Part shown: positions 53,267 to 63,732 of the stretch, in pieces
Layout: each line of letters begins with the position of its first letter
Position numbering within the stretch: position 1 is the first letter of the stretch
NCBI GenBank assembly: GCA_041394485.1
Contig: JAWKIE010000024.1
Coordinates: forward strand, 1,305-65,304
Direction of reading: 5' to 3'
From: Microthrixaceae bacterium
GTDB taxonomy: Bacteria; Actinomycetota; Acidimicrobiia; Acidimicrobiales; Microtrichaceae
Length of the DNA: 64,000 nt
Notes under the pieces: model-generated
What the model saw: the letters and a program-made list of their open reading frames with translations, nothing else
Told to the model about the DNA's origin: nothing
The model's database searches: none
Made by a program: the position numbers and the translations under genes

Positions 53267-53878
53267 CTACTGGAGGGCGATGAAGGGCTGCTGCTCGATC
53301 CGGGTGATCGTGCCGCCGGCCACCGTGAAGAACAACACGCTCGAGTCGCCCACGTCGAAGCCGGTGTCCTTCTTGCCCATCGTGTTCCAGAGCTGACGTT
53401 GAGTGGCCGGCTGGAGGCCGCCGCCGCCGCTGGGCAGCAGCAGGATCTCGGTCGCCGAGTTGGTGGGCCGTTGCACGAGCCCGAGCGGGTCCTCGTCGGT
53501 GGCGACGGGCACGCCGTCGACGAGGTCCACCGTCACCAGGTTCAAGCCCAATGAGGCCTGCAGTGCGTCGACGGTGTTGATCGTCGCGGCGTAGGTGCCG
53601 TCGGGAAGCTCCTCGCCCACCGCGCTCTCGGGACCCAGCTCGGGCAGTTCGTAGGGGGGCGCCGTCGTCGTCGGGGCGGCCGTCGTCGGGGCGGGCTCGG
53701 CGCCGCCGCCGTCCGGCGCCGAGGTTGCCGCCTGCGTGGTGGCTGCCGAGTCGCCGCCGGAGTCCGACCCGCCGCAGGCCGGGAGGCCCAGCATCAAGGC
53801 GACGACACCGAGCGCACCCACGGTGCGGGCTCGCCGGGTCCCGGTCGTCGAGGGTCGGTTCCAGCTGATGTTCACCAC
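53267..53878 (-). CDS. Hypothetical lipoprotein
   Basis: Lipobox LPAC followed by a Thr/Ala/Pro linker. Confidence 0.7.
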   Translation of the reverse strand: MVNISWNRPSTTGTRRARTVGALGVVALMLGLPACGGSDSGGDSAATTQAATSAPDGGGAEPAPTTAAPTTTAPPYELPELGPESAVGEELPDGTYAATINTVDALQASLGLNLVTVDLVDGVPVATDEDPLGLVQRPTNSATEILLLPSGGGGLQPATQRQLWNTMGKKDTGFDVGDSSVLFFTVAGGTITRIEQQPFIALQ

Positions 53879-54035
53879 CGCCGAACTCTACCGAGTCGTG
53901 CCCGGATCAACGGGCTGGATCCTCAGGCTGTTACGTCGGGCAGTCGCTTCGGGCAGTTGCCTCGGGCAGTCGCGTCGGGCGGTCGCGACGGGATTGGCGG
54001 CCACCCCGGGTCGTCGCCTCGAATGCAGGCGTTGC

Positions 54036-54719
54036 TCAGGCGACGTAGATCTGGGTGATCTCGGCGATGTTCCCCGAGGACGCCTGCAGCCGGAACGGCG
54101 GCGCCGGATCGAACAGGTCCTCGTTGGACCCGTCGAGGAACGTCTCGAAGGTGGCCTTGTCCACCGACGCCGGGTCGCAACAGGTGGACAGCTTGATCAC
54201 CTTGAACACCGCGTCGGAGGCCAGCGGAAGCTCCTCCTCGGTGGCCTCGGTGTCGCGCACGTAGAACTCGCCGCCCTCCAGCTCCCGGCCGGTGTCCTCC
54301 TTGAAGGCGGTCAACGCCGCTTCGCCGGTGAACACCTCCACCCGATCGACGACCACCGTGTCGGCGGTGACCCTGCGAACCAGGGCGGTCATCTCCCCCG
54401 CGGGAACCGCCGGGGCGCCCTGACCCTCCGGCGCCTCCGTGGTGGCCGGCGCCTCGGTCGTCGGGGTCTCCGTGGTGGTCGGCGCCTCGGTGGTGGCGGG
54501 CGCCTCGGTCGTCGTGGTCGCCTCGGTGGTCGTGGGGGCGGCCGTCGTCGGGGCCGGGGTGGTGCTGGTGCGCGGGGCGCCCGTCGTGGTGGTGACCTTC
54601 TCGGTCGTCACGCTGAGTGTGCCCTCGTCGCCACCGCAAGCCCCGAGCACCACCATGGAGCCGGCCGCCAGGGCGACGATGGCCGACGTGCGGAGGCGAA
54701 CAAACCGGTCGGGAGTCAT
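54036..54719 (-). CDS. Hypothetical lipoprotein
   Basis: Lipobox LGAC; TTEAP repeats. Confidence 0.75.
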   Translation of the reverse strand: MTPDRFVRLRTSAIVALAAGSMVVLGACGGDEGTLSVTTEKVTTTTGAPRTSTTPAPTTAAPTTTEATTTTEAPATTEAPTTTETPTTEAPATTEAPEGQGAPAVPAGEMTALVRRVTADTVVVDRVEVFTGEAALTAFKEDTGRELEGGEFYVRDTEATEEELPLASDAVFKVIKLSTCCDPASVDKATFETFLDGSNEDLFDPAPPFRLQASSGNIAEITQIYVA

Positions 54720-54828
54720 GGGAAAACGCTACCGACGCAACCGGCCAAAACCACCTGCCCGCCCACCAGTCGCCCCACCTGTACTCCACCCCCGGCGCGG
54801 TCGGCCCTCGACCACTAGCGTTCGCCCG

Positions 54829-55548
54829 GTGAACCCACCCACCAGCCTGCGGGAGGCCTGGGAAGCCCGATCCGGCGACTGGCGCACCTGGGCGCCAGCC
54901 GGACTCGACAGCTACTGGACGTTTCATCGCGACCGGTTTCTGTCGATCGTGCCACCGCCCGGAGCATTGACGATCGACCTGGCCTGCGGGGAGGGTCGGG
55001 TGGGCCGCGACCTGGTCGCACTCGGACACCGGGTGGTGGCCACCGACTCGTCGGTGGGCATGTGTCGGGCCGCCGCGATTCATCCCGGCGCAGCCCAGGT
55101 GGTGGTCGGCGACGCCGGGGCGACGGCGTTCGCCGACGCATCGGCCGACCTGATCGTCGCCTTCATGGCCCTGCACGACTTCGACGACCTCGACGGCCCG
55201 CTGGCCGAGGCCCGACGGGTGCTGACCGACGACGGCCGCCTGGTGGCCGCCATGGTGCACCCGCTCAACTCCGGCGGCGGCTTTCCCTCGGGGCCGGGCG
55301 GACCCCGCGACGAGGCGTTTGTGCTGAGCGACGGCTACCTGGCCACCCGGCCGTACTCCAACGAGGTCCGGCGCGGGGATGCGCGTATGGAGTTCCACGG
55401 CATCCACCGGCCGCTGGGCACCACCCTGGCAGCGGCGTTCGGCGCCGGATTCGTCGTCGAGCAGCTCGTCGAGGTGGGCGTGCCCGATCCGGACAGCCGC
55501 TGGAGCAGATTCCCCCTGTTTCTCCACCTGGTGCTGCGGCCAGACTGA
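54829..55548 (+). CDS. Class I SAM-dependent methyltransferase
   Basis: IDLACGEGR, GDA, FMALHD. Confidence 0.88.
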   Translation: MNPPTSLREAWEARSGDWRTWAPAGLDSYWTFHRDRFLSIVPPPGALTIDLACGEGRVGRDLVALGHRVVATDSSVGMCRAAAIHPGAAQVVVGDAGATAFADASADLIVAFMALHDFDDLDGPLAEARRVLTDDGRLVAAMVHPLNSGGGFPSGPGGPRDEAFVLSDGYLATRPYSNEVRRGDARMEFHGIHRPLGTTLAAAFGAGFVVEQLVEVGVPDPDSRWSRFPLFLHLVLRPD

Positions 55549-55553
55549 GACCC

Positions 55554-57353
55554 ATGACACCGCAGCCCGACCAACCGCAGTCCGACGAGCAGGCCACCGA
55601 TCGCCCGGCCTCCCCCGACGAGGTGATCGCCCAGGTCCGGGCCGAGCTCACGGGGCCGGGCGGACCGTTCGAGGTCACCACCGAAACCGTGCCGGGCATC
55701 GGCGGGTCCGACCCGATCGAGCTGTCGGTCTACGCGCAGCGCCTGCCCCACCTACGGGACGTGTTTGCCTTCGCCCAGGCCCACGGCGAGCGCACCTTCA
55801 TCGTGTACGGCGACCGCCGCATCACGTTTGCGGAGTTCGCCGCCGACGCCAACCGGGTTGCCGCCGGGCTGGCCGGTCTTGGCGTCCAACCCGGCGACCG
55901 GGTGGCGGTGCTCAGCCAGAACAACCCCGAGTGGTGCCTGGCGTTCTGGGCGACGGTCAACCTGGGTGCCGTGCTCGTCGGGCTCAACGGCTGGTGGAAC
56001 ACCGACGAGATCCTCTTTGGCCTCGACGACAGCGGGGCCAAGGTGTTGATCGTCGACCCCAAGCGGCTCGAACGCGTGGCCGACTCGCTCGAGTCGGTCG
56101 CCGGCCTCGAGCACGTCGTCGTCATCGACCCCTCCGGCCCGCCCGACGTGGCGGGCGTGGACACCAGGCCGTTCGACGACCTGGTGGGCGGCGACGACCC
56201 GGGGGCACCGACGGCCGAGTTGGACGAGTCCGATCCGGCGGTCATCTTCTACACGTCCGGCACGACGGGGCGCCCCAAGGGCGCCATCTCCACCCACCGC
56301 GGCATGGTCGCCAACCTCCAGAACACGGTGTGTGCGCTGACCGCCAACGGCATCGTGCTCGACCGGTTGGGCGAATCGACCCCCTCGGGCCCGGGCGGCC
56401 AACCCTCCGCCCTGTTCACCTCCCCGCTGTTTCACGTGTCGGGATGCCACTCCACCCTGGTGGTGGGGCTGCTCGGCGGCCTCAAGCTGGTGATGGTGCC
56501 GGGCCGCTTCACCCCGGAGGTGGCGCTCGATCTCATCGAACGGGAATCCGTGAGCAACTGGTCGACGGTGCCCACGATGATCTGGCGCACGTGCGAGTTC
56601 CCCGGGCGCCACGACTACGACACCTCGTCGGTGACCTCGGTGGCCTTCGGCGGGTCGCCCTCGGCGGGCGAGCTGCAGCGAATGATCCGGGAAACGTTCC
56701 CCAACGTGCGGGCCACCTCCAACGCCTACGGGCTGACCGAATCGTCGTCGGTGGCCACCCTGCACCTGGCCGGTTCCAGGGTGGACCGGCCCGAGTCGGT
56801 CGGCCTGCCGATGCCGGTGGTCGACCTGGCGATCGCCGACGCCGACGGCCGTCACCTCGGTCCGAACCAGCAAGGCGAGGTGCTCATTCGGGGCCCGATC
56901 ATCATGCCCGGCTACTGGAATCGCCCCGACGCCACCGCCGCGACCCTCCGTGACGGCTGGCTGCACACCGGTGACCTCGGCCACCTCGACGACGAGGGGT
57001 ACCTGTACATCACCGACCGGGCCAAGGACATGATCATCCGGGGCGGCGAGAACGTCTACTGCGTCGAGATCGAACAGCGGCTGGTCGAGCACCCGTTGGT
57101 GGCCGACGCCGCGGTGGTGGGCGTGCCACACCCCGAGCTGGGCGAGGAGGTGAAGGCGGTGGTCGAGCTCGTCGACGGCGCCACCGTCGAAGACGCCGAA
57201 CTGCAGGCGTGGGTCGGCGACGCCCTCGCCCGCTTCAAGGTGCCGTCGATCGTCGAGCGGTGGCCGGGGAAGCTGCCCCGCAACGCGTCCGGCAAGCTGC
57301 TGAAGAACGCGCTGCGGGGCTCGGGCGCGGTCAGCTTCGCGGAGACGATGTAG
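55554..57353 (+). CDS. Acyl-CoA synthetase / class I adenylate-forming enzyme
   Basis: YTSGTTGRPKG, YGLTE, TGDLG, DRAKDMIIRGGENV, PRNASGK. Confidence 0.94.
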   Translation: MTPQPDQPQSDEQATDRPASPDEVIAQVRAELTGPGGPFEVTTETVPGIGGSDPIELSVYAQRLPHLRDVFAFAQAHGERTFIVYGDRRITFAEFAADANRVAAGLAGLGVQPGDRVAVLSQNNPEWCLAFWATVNLGAVLVGLNGWWNTDEILFGLDDSGAKVLIVDPKRLERVADSLESVAGLEHVVVIDPSGPPDVAGVDTRPFDDLVGGDDPGAPTAELDESDPAVIFYTSGTTGRPKGAISTHRGMVANLQNTVCALTANGIVLDRLGESTPSGPGGQPSALFTSPLFHVSGCHSTLVVGLLGGLKLVMVPGRFTPEVALDLIERESVSNWSTVPTMIWRTCEFPGRHDYDTSSVTSVAFGGSPSAGELQRMIRETFPNVRATSNAYGLTESSSVATLHLAGSRVDRPESVGLPMPVVDLAIADADGRHLGPNQQGEVLIRGPIIMPGYWNRPDATAATLRDGWLHTGDLGHLDDEGYLYITDRAKDMIIRGGENVYCVEIEQRLVEHPLVADAAVVGVPHPELGEEVKAVVELVDGATVEDAELQAWVGDALARFKVPSIVERWPGKLPRNASGKLLKNALRGSGAVSFAETM

Positions 57354-57412
57354 GTCCCGGAGCCACTTGCTAACTCTTGCAAGCATCGCCTGAAGTGACT
57401 ACCGTGGGTGCC

Positions 57413-58183
57413 ATGCGCCACACTCCTCGTGCTCTGCCCACCCGTCCCGTCAAAGCGATCATCGCCGCCACCTTGATGCTGGCGGCCACGGTCGCCACCG
57501 CCTGCCAGCCTGCGCCCACCCCGAGCCAGGACCCGGTGATCGTCGTTGCGGGCACCTTCTCGCCGGCGTTCGCCAACGAGGTGATCGCCAACCGGCTCCG
57601 CACCGACGGCTACAACACCACCATCTTCCAGCTGCCCACGCTGGGCACGCAGAACATCGGCACGACCGCCCAGGCGCTGTGCAACAAGATCGACGCGGTC
57701 AAGGCCTCCACCGGCGCCGCCAAGGTGGACCTCGTGGCCCACAGCCAGGGCGGCCTCGTCGCCAGGGACTGCGTGAAGAACCGCGGGGGTAAGAGCGACG
57801 TCGACACGCTGGTCATGCTGGGGACGCCCAACTACGGCACGGCGCTGGCCAACCTGGCGACCGCGGTCACCCTCGGCACCTGCATCAACATCACGGCCTG
57901 CCAACAGATGGCCGCCGGGTCGTCCTACCTCAACTCGCTGAACGCCGGGCCGGACGTCATCTCGCCGGTGAAGTACGTCAGCATCTACACGGCGTTCGAT
58001 GAGGTCGTCTTCCCGTACGGCACCGCTGCGCTCAAGGACGGCGCCACCAACGTGAAGGTGCAGAGCCAGTGCCCGTTGCGCACGGTGGGCCACCTGGGGC
58101 TGATCGCCGACGGCACGGTCTACTCCGGCGTGGACGACGCCCTCGCCGGCCGCAGCATCACGCTGAGCTGCCTCGCCGTGTAG
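57413..58183 (+). CDS. Secreted lipase/esterase (alpha/beta hydrolase)
   Basis: VAHSQGG nucleophile elbow, GTPNYG, DEVV, VGH. Confidence 0.88.
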   Translation: MRHTPRALPTRPVKAIIAATLMLAATVATACQPAPTPSQDPVIVVAGTFSPAFANEVIANRLRTDGYNTTIFQLPTLGTQNIGTTAQALCNKIDAVKASTGAAKVDLVAHSQGGLVARDCVKNRGGKSDVDTLVMLGTPNYGTALANLATAVTLGTCINITACQQMAAGSSYLNSLNAGPDVISPVKYVSIYTAFDEVVFPYGTAALKDGATNVKVQSQCPLRTVGHLGLIADGTVYSGVDDALAGRSITLSCLAV

Positions 58184-58284
58184 GCGAGCCGCCCTTCCCA
58201 CCACCACCCGAACCGGGGAGTGGAGACGTGCCCGAGGGCGCCGTCTCCACTCCCCGGTTCGCGTGTTCCGGTAGGTTCCCGCCG

Positions 58285-58560
58285 GTGAGCACCACCGACG
58301 AGGACCGCACCCCCGACGCCCCGTTGGCCGACGGCCGCTACGACGTGTTCGTCGTCGACGCTCACGGCGACGAGGCCGACGCCGGCCGACTCATTGCCGA
58401 GGTGACCCTGCTCGAGGGTGAGGCCAAGGGTTTCGTGCTGGCCGTGGGGTGTTCGTCGTCCGAGCTGCTCGACGCCGGCGGCGACCCCATCGACCTCCTC
58501 GGCGAGACCGGTGTGCTCACGGTCGACCGGGGCGCGCCGCACCTTCGCCTCGACCGCTGA
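58285..58560 (+). CDS. Hypothetical protein
   Basis: LADGRYDVFVVDA...DPIDLLG...LTV..GAPHLRLD; GC3-rich codons. Confidence 0.6.
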   Translation: MSTTDEDRTPDAPLADGRYDVFVVDAHGDEADAGRLIAEVTLLEGEAKGFVLAVGCSSSELLDAGGDPIDLLGETGVLTVDRGAPHLRLDR

Positions 58561-58671
58561 CCCGGCGCAGGCGGACGGCACCGGGTCGTGGGCCCGGGCA
58601 TCGGCGGCAACAGCGGCGGCAGCGGCGGCCACCGGGACCGCAACGGGCCGAGCAGACGCAGCCCACACGCG

Positions 58672-58761
58672 AACATGTCACCCAGCCTGTACCTGGGTGA
58701 CATGTTGGTGACCCCTCGCGAAGATGTCACCCGGATCGAGCCCGGGTGACATCCTCGCGAG
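58672..58761. repeat. Two tandem hairpins sharing the stem ATGTCACCC/GGGTGACAT
   Basis: AACATGTCACCCAG...CTGGGTGACATGTT and GATGTCACCCGG...CCGGGTGACATC, between convergent genes. Confidence 0.75.
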
Positions 58762-58783
58762 ACGTCAGGAGGGAACCCGGGGC

Positions 58784-60106
58784 TCAGCCCTGGGCGGCGG
58801 CGAAGCCCACCTTCAGGTCGGCGATGATGTCCTCGATCGTCTCGAGGCCCACCGACAGCCGCACCAGGCCCGGCTCGACGCCGGCCGAGCGCTGCTCGTC
58901 GTCGCTGAGCTGGCTGTGCGTCGTGGACGACGGGTGCACGACCAGCGACCGGACGTCGCCGATGTTGGCCAGCTGGCTGTGCAGTTCGAGAGCGTTGGCG
59001 AACTTCTCGCCCGCCTCACGTCCGCCCTTGATCACGAAGCTGGGCACCGAACCGGCGCCACCGGGCACGTACTTCTGCGCCTGGGCGGCCCAGGGGGACG
59101 AGCCCAACCCGGCGTAGTTCACGCGCTCCACCTGGTCGTGTCCGTCGAGGAACTCGACGACGGCGGCGGCGTTGCTGATGTGACGCTCCATCCGCAGCGA
59201 CAGCGTCTCCAGGCCCTGAAGCATGAGGAACGAGTTGAACGGCGAGATCGCCGCGCCCGTGTCGCGCAGCCACTGCAGGCGCGCCTTCAGGATGAACGAG
59301 CCGGGGCCCAACGACGGCCAGAACGTGAGGCCGTTGTAGCTGGGGTCGGGCTCGTTGAAGCCGGGGAACTTCTCCGCGTCGCCAAAGTCGAACGATCCGC
59401 CATCGACGATGAGGCCACCGATCGAGGTGCCGTGGCCGCCGATGAACTTGGTGGCCGAATGCACGACGATGTCGGCGCCGTGCTCCAGGGGACGGCACAG
59501 GAACGGCGTGGCGATCGTGTTGTCGACGATCAGCGGCACCCCCGCCTCGTGGGCGGCGGCGGCCACGGCCTCGATGTCGAGCACGTCGTTCTTCGGGTTG
59601 CCGATCGTCTCCCCGTAAAAGGCCTTGGTGTTGGGGCGGACCGCCGCCTTCCACGACTCGATGTCGCTGGGGTCCTCCACGAAGCTCACCTCGACGCCCA
59701 TCTTGGGCAGGGTGTAGTGGAAGAGGTTGTAGGTGCCGCCGTAGAGCGAGGTGCCCGACACGATGTGGGACCCGGCCTCGGCCAGCGTCATGATCGCGTA
59801 GGTCTCCGCCGCCATGCCGCTGGCCGTGGCCAGGGCGCCCGGCAGGCCGACGGCGGTGGTGATGCCGCCCTCGAGCGCCGAGATTCGCGCCTCGAACACC
59901 CCCTGCGTGGGGTTCATGATGCGGGTGTAGATGTTGCCGATCTCCTGCAGCGAGAACAGCGCGGCGCCGTGGGCGGCGTCCCGGAAGTTGTAGGCCGTCG
60001 TCTGGTAGATCGGCGCCGCCCGTGCGCCCGTCGTCGGGTCGGGCTCCTGGCCTGCGTGGATCTGCAGGGTCTCGAAGCCCTGGGCTGCTGCCGTCTCGTC
60101 GCTCAT
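58784..60106 (-). CDS. metY: O-acetylhomoserine aminocarboxypropyltransferase (sulfhydrylase)
   Basis: FETLQIHAGQ, IYTRIMNPT, HSATKFIGGHG, ANIGDVRSL, RLSVGLE. Confidence 0.94.
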   Translation of the reverse strand: MSDETAAAQGFETLQIHAGQEPDPTTGARAAPIYQTTAYNFRDAAHGAALFSLQEIGNIYTRIMNPTQGVFEARISALEGGITTAVGLPGALATASGMAAETYAIMTLAEAGSHIVSGTSLYGGTYNLFHYTLPKMGVEVSFVEDPSDIESWKAAVRPNTKAFYGETIGNPKNDVLDIEAVAAAAHEAGVPLIVDNTIATPFLCRPLEHGADIVVHSATKFIGGHGTSIGGLIVDGGSFDFGDAEKFPGFNEPDPSYNGLTFWPSLGPGSFILKARLQWLRDTGAAISPFNSFLMLQGLETLSLRMERHISNAAAVVEFLDGHDQVERVNYAGLGSSPWAAQAQKYVPGGAGSVPSFVIKGGREAGEKFANALELHSQLANIGDVRSLVVHPSSTTHSQLSDDEQRSAGVEPGLVRLSVGLETIEDIIADLKVGFAAAQG

Positions 60107-60171
60107 CTGCTGTTCGCCTCTGTCTCGTGGGAAGGGATGGCTCGCTCGGGTCGCCGAGCCTACGAGGGCTG

Positions 60172-60196
60172 AAACCCGACTTACAAGGTCGGGTTT
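60172..60196. promoter_or_regulatory. 25-bp palindromic operator in the metY / CMD-gene divergent region
   Basis: AAACCCGAC-TTACAAG-GTCGGGTTT. Confidence 0.65.
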
Positions 60197-60242
60197 TCTG
60201 GCGGTCCGCCACCGGCCGGTGCGGTCCCGTACCCTCCTGCCC

Positions 60243-60890
60243 ATGGGGAGACTGCGCCAGGTACCGCTCGACGAGGTGACCGACCCACGGGTCGCCGCCA
60301 CCTATTCCTACATCTTCGGGGACAAGGACCCGGTGGCCGAGCCGGGCACCGCCACCGGGTCGCCTGGCGACTGGTGGACGACGTTCGCCGCATCGCCTGA
60401 CGTGCTCGCCCACAACCTCTCCGGGTTCGCCCTGTACCGCGACCCGGGGCGCAAGCTCGACCCGATGCTGCGCGAGCTGGGCCAAACCCGCGCCGGATGG
60501 CTGCGGCAGAGCAACTTCGTCTACAGCCAGCACCGCAAGTCGTGCCGGGGCCTGGGCATGTCCGAGGCCAAGATCGACGCGATCTGCGCCTGGGAGCTGT
60601 CCGAGGAGTTCACTCCCGCCGAACGGGCGGTGCTGGCCTACACCGACGGCTTGGTCGGCGCCCACGGGCGGGTGCCCGACGCGGTCTTCGCCGAGCTTCA
60701 GCAGCATCTCGACGACGAGGAGATCGTCGAGCTCACCTACATCACCGCCTGGTATGCGATGCACGCCGACATCTCGAGGGCCCTCCGGCTGGAGTGGGAC
60801 AACGTCGACGACCCGATCCGCGAGATTCACGAGGAGGGTTCCGAGGACGTCATCGAGCCGGGCGCCGGCGGCGGGCGGTTTCGTGGCTGA
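60243..60890 (+). CDS. Carboxymuconolactone decarboxylase (CMD/AhpD-like) family protein
   Basis: LRELGQTR...VYSQH...ERAVLAYTD...IVELT. Confidence 0.85.
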   Translation: MGRLRQVPLDEVTDPRVAATYSYIFGDKDPVAEPGTATGSPGDWWTTFAASPDVLAHNLSGFALYRDPGRKLDPMLRELGQTRAGWLRQSNFVYSQHRKSCRGLGMSEAKIDAICAWELSEEFTPAERAVLAYTDGLVGAHGRVPDAVFAELQQHLDDEEIVELTYITAWYAMHADISRALRLEWDNVDDPIREIHEEGSEDVIEPGAGGGRFRG

Positions 60891-61434
60891 CGCCCACGGC
60901 GACGCCAACCCGACCATCGGCGGCCGCTATCGGCCCGTCCTCGGCACCCTCGGGTTCGTCTGGGACCGTGAGGCCGACTCGGTGCTGTTGGTGCACCGGA
61001 CCAACCGGGCCGATGGCAAACACAACGGGTTGGGCGGCAAGGTCGAGCCCGACGAGGACGTCGTCGCCAGCATCACCCGGGAGCTGTACGAGGAGGCCCT
61101 GATCGTGCCCACCGAGCTCCGCCTTCGGGGCACGATCTCATGGCCCGGGTTCGAGGGGCCCGGCGGTGACGACTGGTTCGGGTTTCTGTTTCTGATCACC
61201 GGCTGGACCGGCGAGGTTCCGCCGTCCAACGACGAGGGCGAGCTGTTGTGGGTGCCCCGCTCCCGGCTGATGGCCTGGTGCGACCCCGCCACACGGGCCG
61301 CCAGCGGGCTCGACTTCCACGAGGGCGACGCTCACTTTCTTCCGCTGATGTTCGACGACGACCCCCGTCAGTTTCACGGCCTGATGCCCTGGGAGCACGG
61401 CCGTCCCACCGGCTGGAGCCTCACCCGGCAATAG
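60883..61434 (+). CDS. NUDIX hydrolase (8-oxo-dGTP diphosphatase-like)
   Basis: NGLGGKVEPDEDVVASITRELYEEA Nudix box. Confidence 0.9.
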   Translation: MADAHGDANPTIGGRYRPVLGTLGFVWDREADSVLLVHRTNRADGKHNGLGGKVEPDEDVVASITRELYEEALIVPTELRLRGTISWPGFEGPGGDDWFGFLFLITGWTGEVPPSNDEGELLWVPRSRLMAWCDPATRAASGLDFHEGDAHFLPLMFDDDPRQFHGLMPWEHGRPTGWSLTRQ

Positions 61435-61443
61435 CTGTGCTTT

Positions 61444-61508
61444 CCGCTCCGCTCGGGGCGTTCCCAGCCACGCAGGCCCGTGCCACCCGCTCCGCTCGGG
61501 GCGTTCCC
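61444..61508. repeat. Direct repeat CCGCTCCGCTCGGGGCGTTCCC, two copies
   Basis: Copies at 61444 and 61487. The core is the reverse complement of CCCGAGCGGAGCGG in the 38269 repeat. Confidence 0.8.
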
Positions 61509-61512
61509 CGCG

Positions 61513-62415
61513 CTACAGCAGGCCGGTGAGCACCTGGCGGGTGGCGGCAGCGTCTTCGCCGCCCAGAAACTCGACGGCGGCGAAGTCGGTGACGCCGATG
61601 TCGGCCAACTCGCCGATGCGGTTGGTCACCTCGTCGGCCGAGCCGATGATGGCGACGTCGGCCGGGCCCTCGGCGCCCTCCCGGTCGAGCATCGCCCGAT
61701 ACGAGGGCAACACGCCGTACACCGCAAAGGCCTTGGCGGCGAACTCCTTGGCACCGGCCACGTCCTCGGTGACCCCCACCGGCAGCGCTGCGGCAACCCG
61801 CGCCGGTGGACGACCCAGGTCGTCCCTGGCCGCGTTCAGCGTGGGGATGGTGTGGTCGGCAAGCGCCTTCGGGCCGGTCATCCAGGTGATCGTGCCGTCG
61901 GCGTGCTCGGCCGCCAGCCGCAGCATCCTCGGGCCGAGCGCGGCGATCAGCAGCGGCACCGGGTCGGCGCCGATCTCGAGGGCCAGGTGGGCCGAGACCC
62001 GCTCGCCGGATGCGTCGGAGGCCTCCCCGCGCAACAGGGGCGTCAGCGCCTCCAGGTACTCGCTCATGTGATCGGCGGGCCGCTCGAAGCTCATGCCGAA
62101 CATCGACTCGATCACCATTTGATGGCTGAGGCCGATGCCCAGGTTGAGGCGGCCACCAGAGGCCTTCTGGGCGGTCAACGCCTCAGCCGCCATCGTCGCC
62201 GGGTGCCGGGGGTAGGTGGGCACCACCGAAGTGCCCAGCTGGATGTCCGGCACCTCCCGGCCGACGATCGCCAACAGGGTCAGGGCCTCCATGCCGAAGA
62301 TCTGCGGGAGCCAGTAGCTGTCGAACCCGTCGTCAGCGGCCGCCCGGGCCGTCGCCACGTAGTCGTCGATGGTGACGTTCGGCCCGGACTTGCCGTCGAA
62401 AATGCCCAGCTTCAT
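61513..62415 (-). CDS. LLM-class F420-dependent oxidoreductase
   Basis: GFDSYWLPQIF, GTSVVPTYPRHP, GIGLSH, AALGPRML, LPSYRAMLDREG. Confidence 0.9.
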   Translation of the reverse strand: MKLGIFDGKSGPNVTIDDYVATARAAADDGFDSYWLPQIFGMEALTLLAIVGREVPDIQLGTSVVPTYPRHPATMAAEALTAQKASGGRLNLGIGLSHQMVIESMFGMSFERPADHMSEYLEALTPLLRGEASDASGERVSAHLALEIGADPVPLLIAALGPRMLRLAAEHADGTITWMTGPKALADHTIPTLNAARDDLGRPPARVAAALPVGVTEDVAGAKEFAAKAFAVYGVLPSYRAMLDREGAEGPADVAIIGSADEVTNRIGELADIGVTDFAAVEFLGGEDAAATRQVLTGLL

Positions 62416-62480
62416 GTGGTGCTCCCCTGCTCACGATGTGCGGAGGGGGCAGTCTGGCAGGTGGAACCCCGCCGACGGAC

Positions 62481-63509
62481 TCAGTCGCCGCCGGAGATGT
62501 CCTCCACCTTGTCTTTGCCCTGGGAGATCCACGGCATCATCGAGCGCAGTTCGGCGCCGACCTGCTCCACCTGGTGCTCGGCACCGGCCTTGCGCAGCTC
62601 AGCGAACTTCGATCCGCCCGAGCGCACCTCCTCGATGAACTCGGAGGCGAACTCGCCGCTGCGGATCTCGTCGAGGATCTTGCGCATCTCCGCCCGCACG
62701 CCGTCGTTGATCACCCTCGGGCCACGGGTGAGGTCGCCGTACTCGGCGGTGGTGGAGATCGAGTAGCGCATGCCGGAGATGCCCTGCTCGTACATCAGGT
62801 CGATGATCAGCTTCAGCTCGTGGAGGCACTCGAAGTAGGCCGACTCGGGCTGATAGCCGGCGTCGACCAGCGTCTCGAAACCGGACTGGACCAGGGCGGT
62901 GAGGCCGCCGCACAGCACCACCTGCTCGCCGAACAGGTCGGTCTCGGTCTCCTCCTCGAAGGTGGTGTCCAACACCCCGGCGCGGCTGCCGCCGATGGCG
63001 TCGGCATAGGCGAGCGCCAGCTCGCGTGCCGACCCGGTGGCGTTCTGGGCCACGGCGATCAGGCACGGCACGCCGCCGCCTTCGGTGTAGGTGCGGCGCA
63101 CGAGGTGACCCGGGCCCTTGGGCGCCACCATGGCCACGTCGACGCCCTCGGGCGCGGTCACGTAGCCGAAGCGCACGTTGAAGCCGTGGGCGAAGAAGAT
63201 GGCGTCGCCATCCTGGAGGTTGGGGGCGACGTGCTCTTCATAGGCGGGGCCGATGTCGGTGTCGGGCAGCAGGATCATGATGAGATCCGCCTCCGCCGAG
63301 GCGGTGGACAGGTCGGTCACCTTCAGGCCGGCGGCCTCCGCCTTGGCCCGGGAGGCCGAACCCTCTCGAAGGCCGACCCGCACGTCGATGCCCGACTCGA
63401 GCAGGTTGAGGGCGTGGGCGTGACCCTGGGAGCCGTAGCCCAGGATGGCCACCTTGCGGTTGGCGATGAGGGATCGGTCGGCGTCGCGCTCGTAGGACAC
63501 GGTGGCCAT
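62481..63509 (-). CDS. ilvC: Ketol-acid reductoisomerase
   Basis: [37 protein letters not shown]. Confidence 0.97.
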   Translation of the reverse strand: MATVSYERDADRSLIANRKVAILGYGSQGHAHALNLLESGIDVRVGLREGSASRAKAEAAGLKVTDLSTASAEADLIMILLPDTDIGPAYEEHVAPNLQDGDAIFFAHGFNVRFGYVTAPEGVDVAMVAPKGPGHLVRRTYTEGGGVPCLIAVAQNATGSARELALAYADAIGGSRAGVLDTTFEEETETDLFGEQVVLCGGLTALVQSGFETLVDAGYQPESAYFECLHELKLIIDLMYEQGISGMRYSISTTAEYGDLTRGPRVINDGVRAEMRKILDEIRSGEFASEFIEEVRSGGSKFAELRKAGAEHQVEQVGAELRSMMPWISQGKDKVEDISGGD

Positions 63510-63732
63510 GTCGGGCTCCATTCGTGGTGGGAGGATCGGTCCAGAACCAACGGATCGTCGAGGCTGGAGAACGCACCATCGTAGGCGCCGGCAGTCCCCG
63601 GCCCGGAAGTGGGCCCCACCCCTCGGACGGGCGTCGGCGTCCGTCGGGGCCCGATCCGGTGCGAGTTCCCACGCACGACGTGGGGGACCTTCACGGCGGT
63701 CTTTTGGCGATCGTGGCGGAAAGTGGGGGCCG

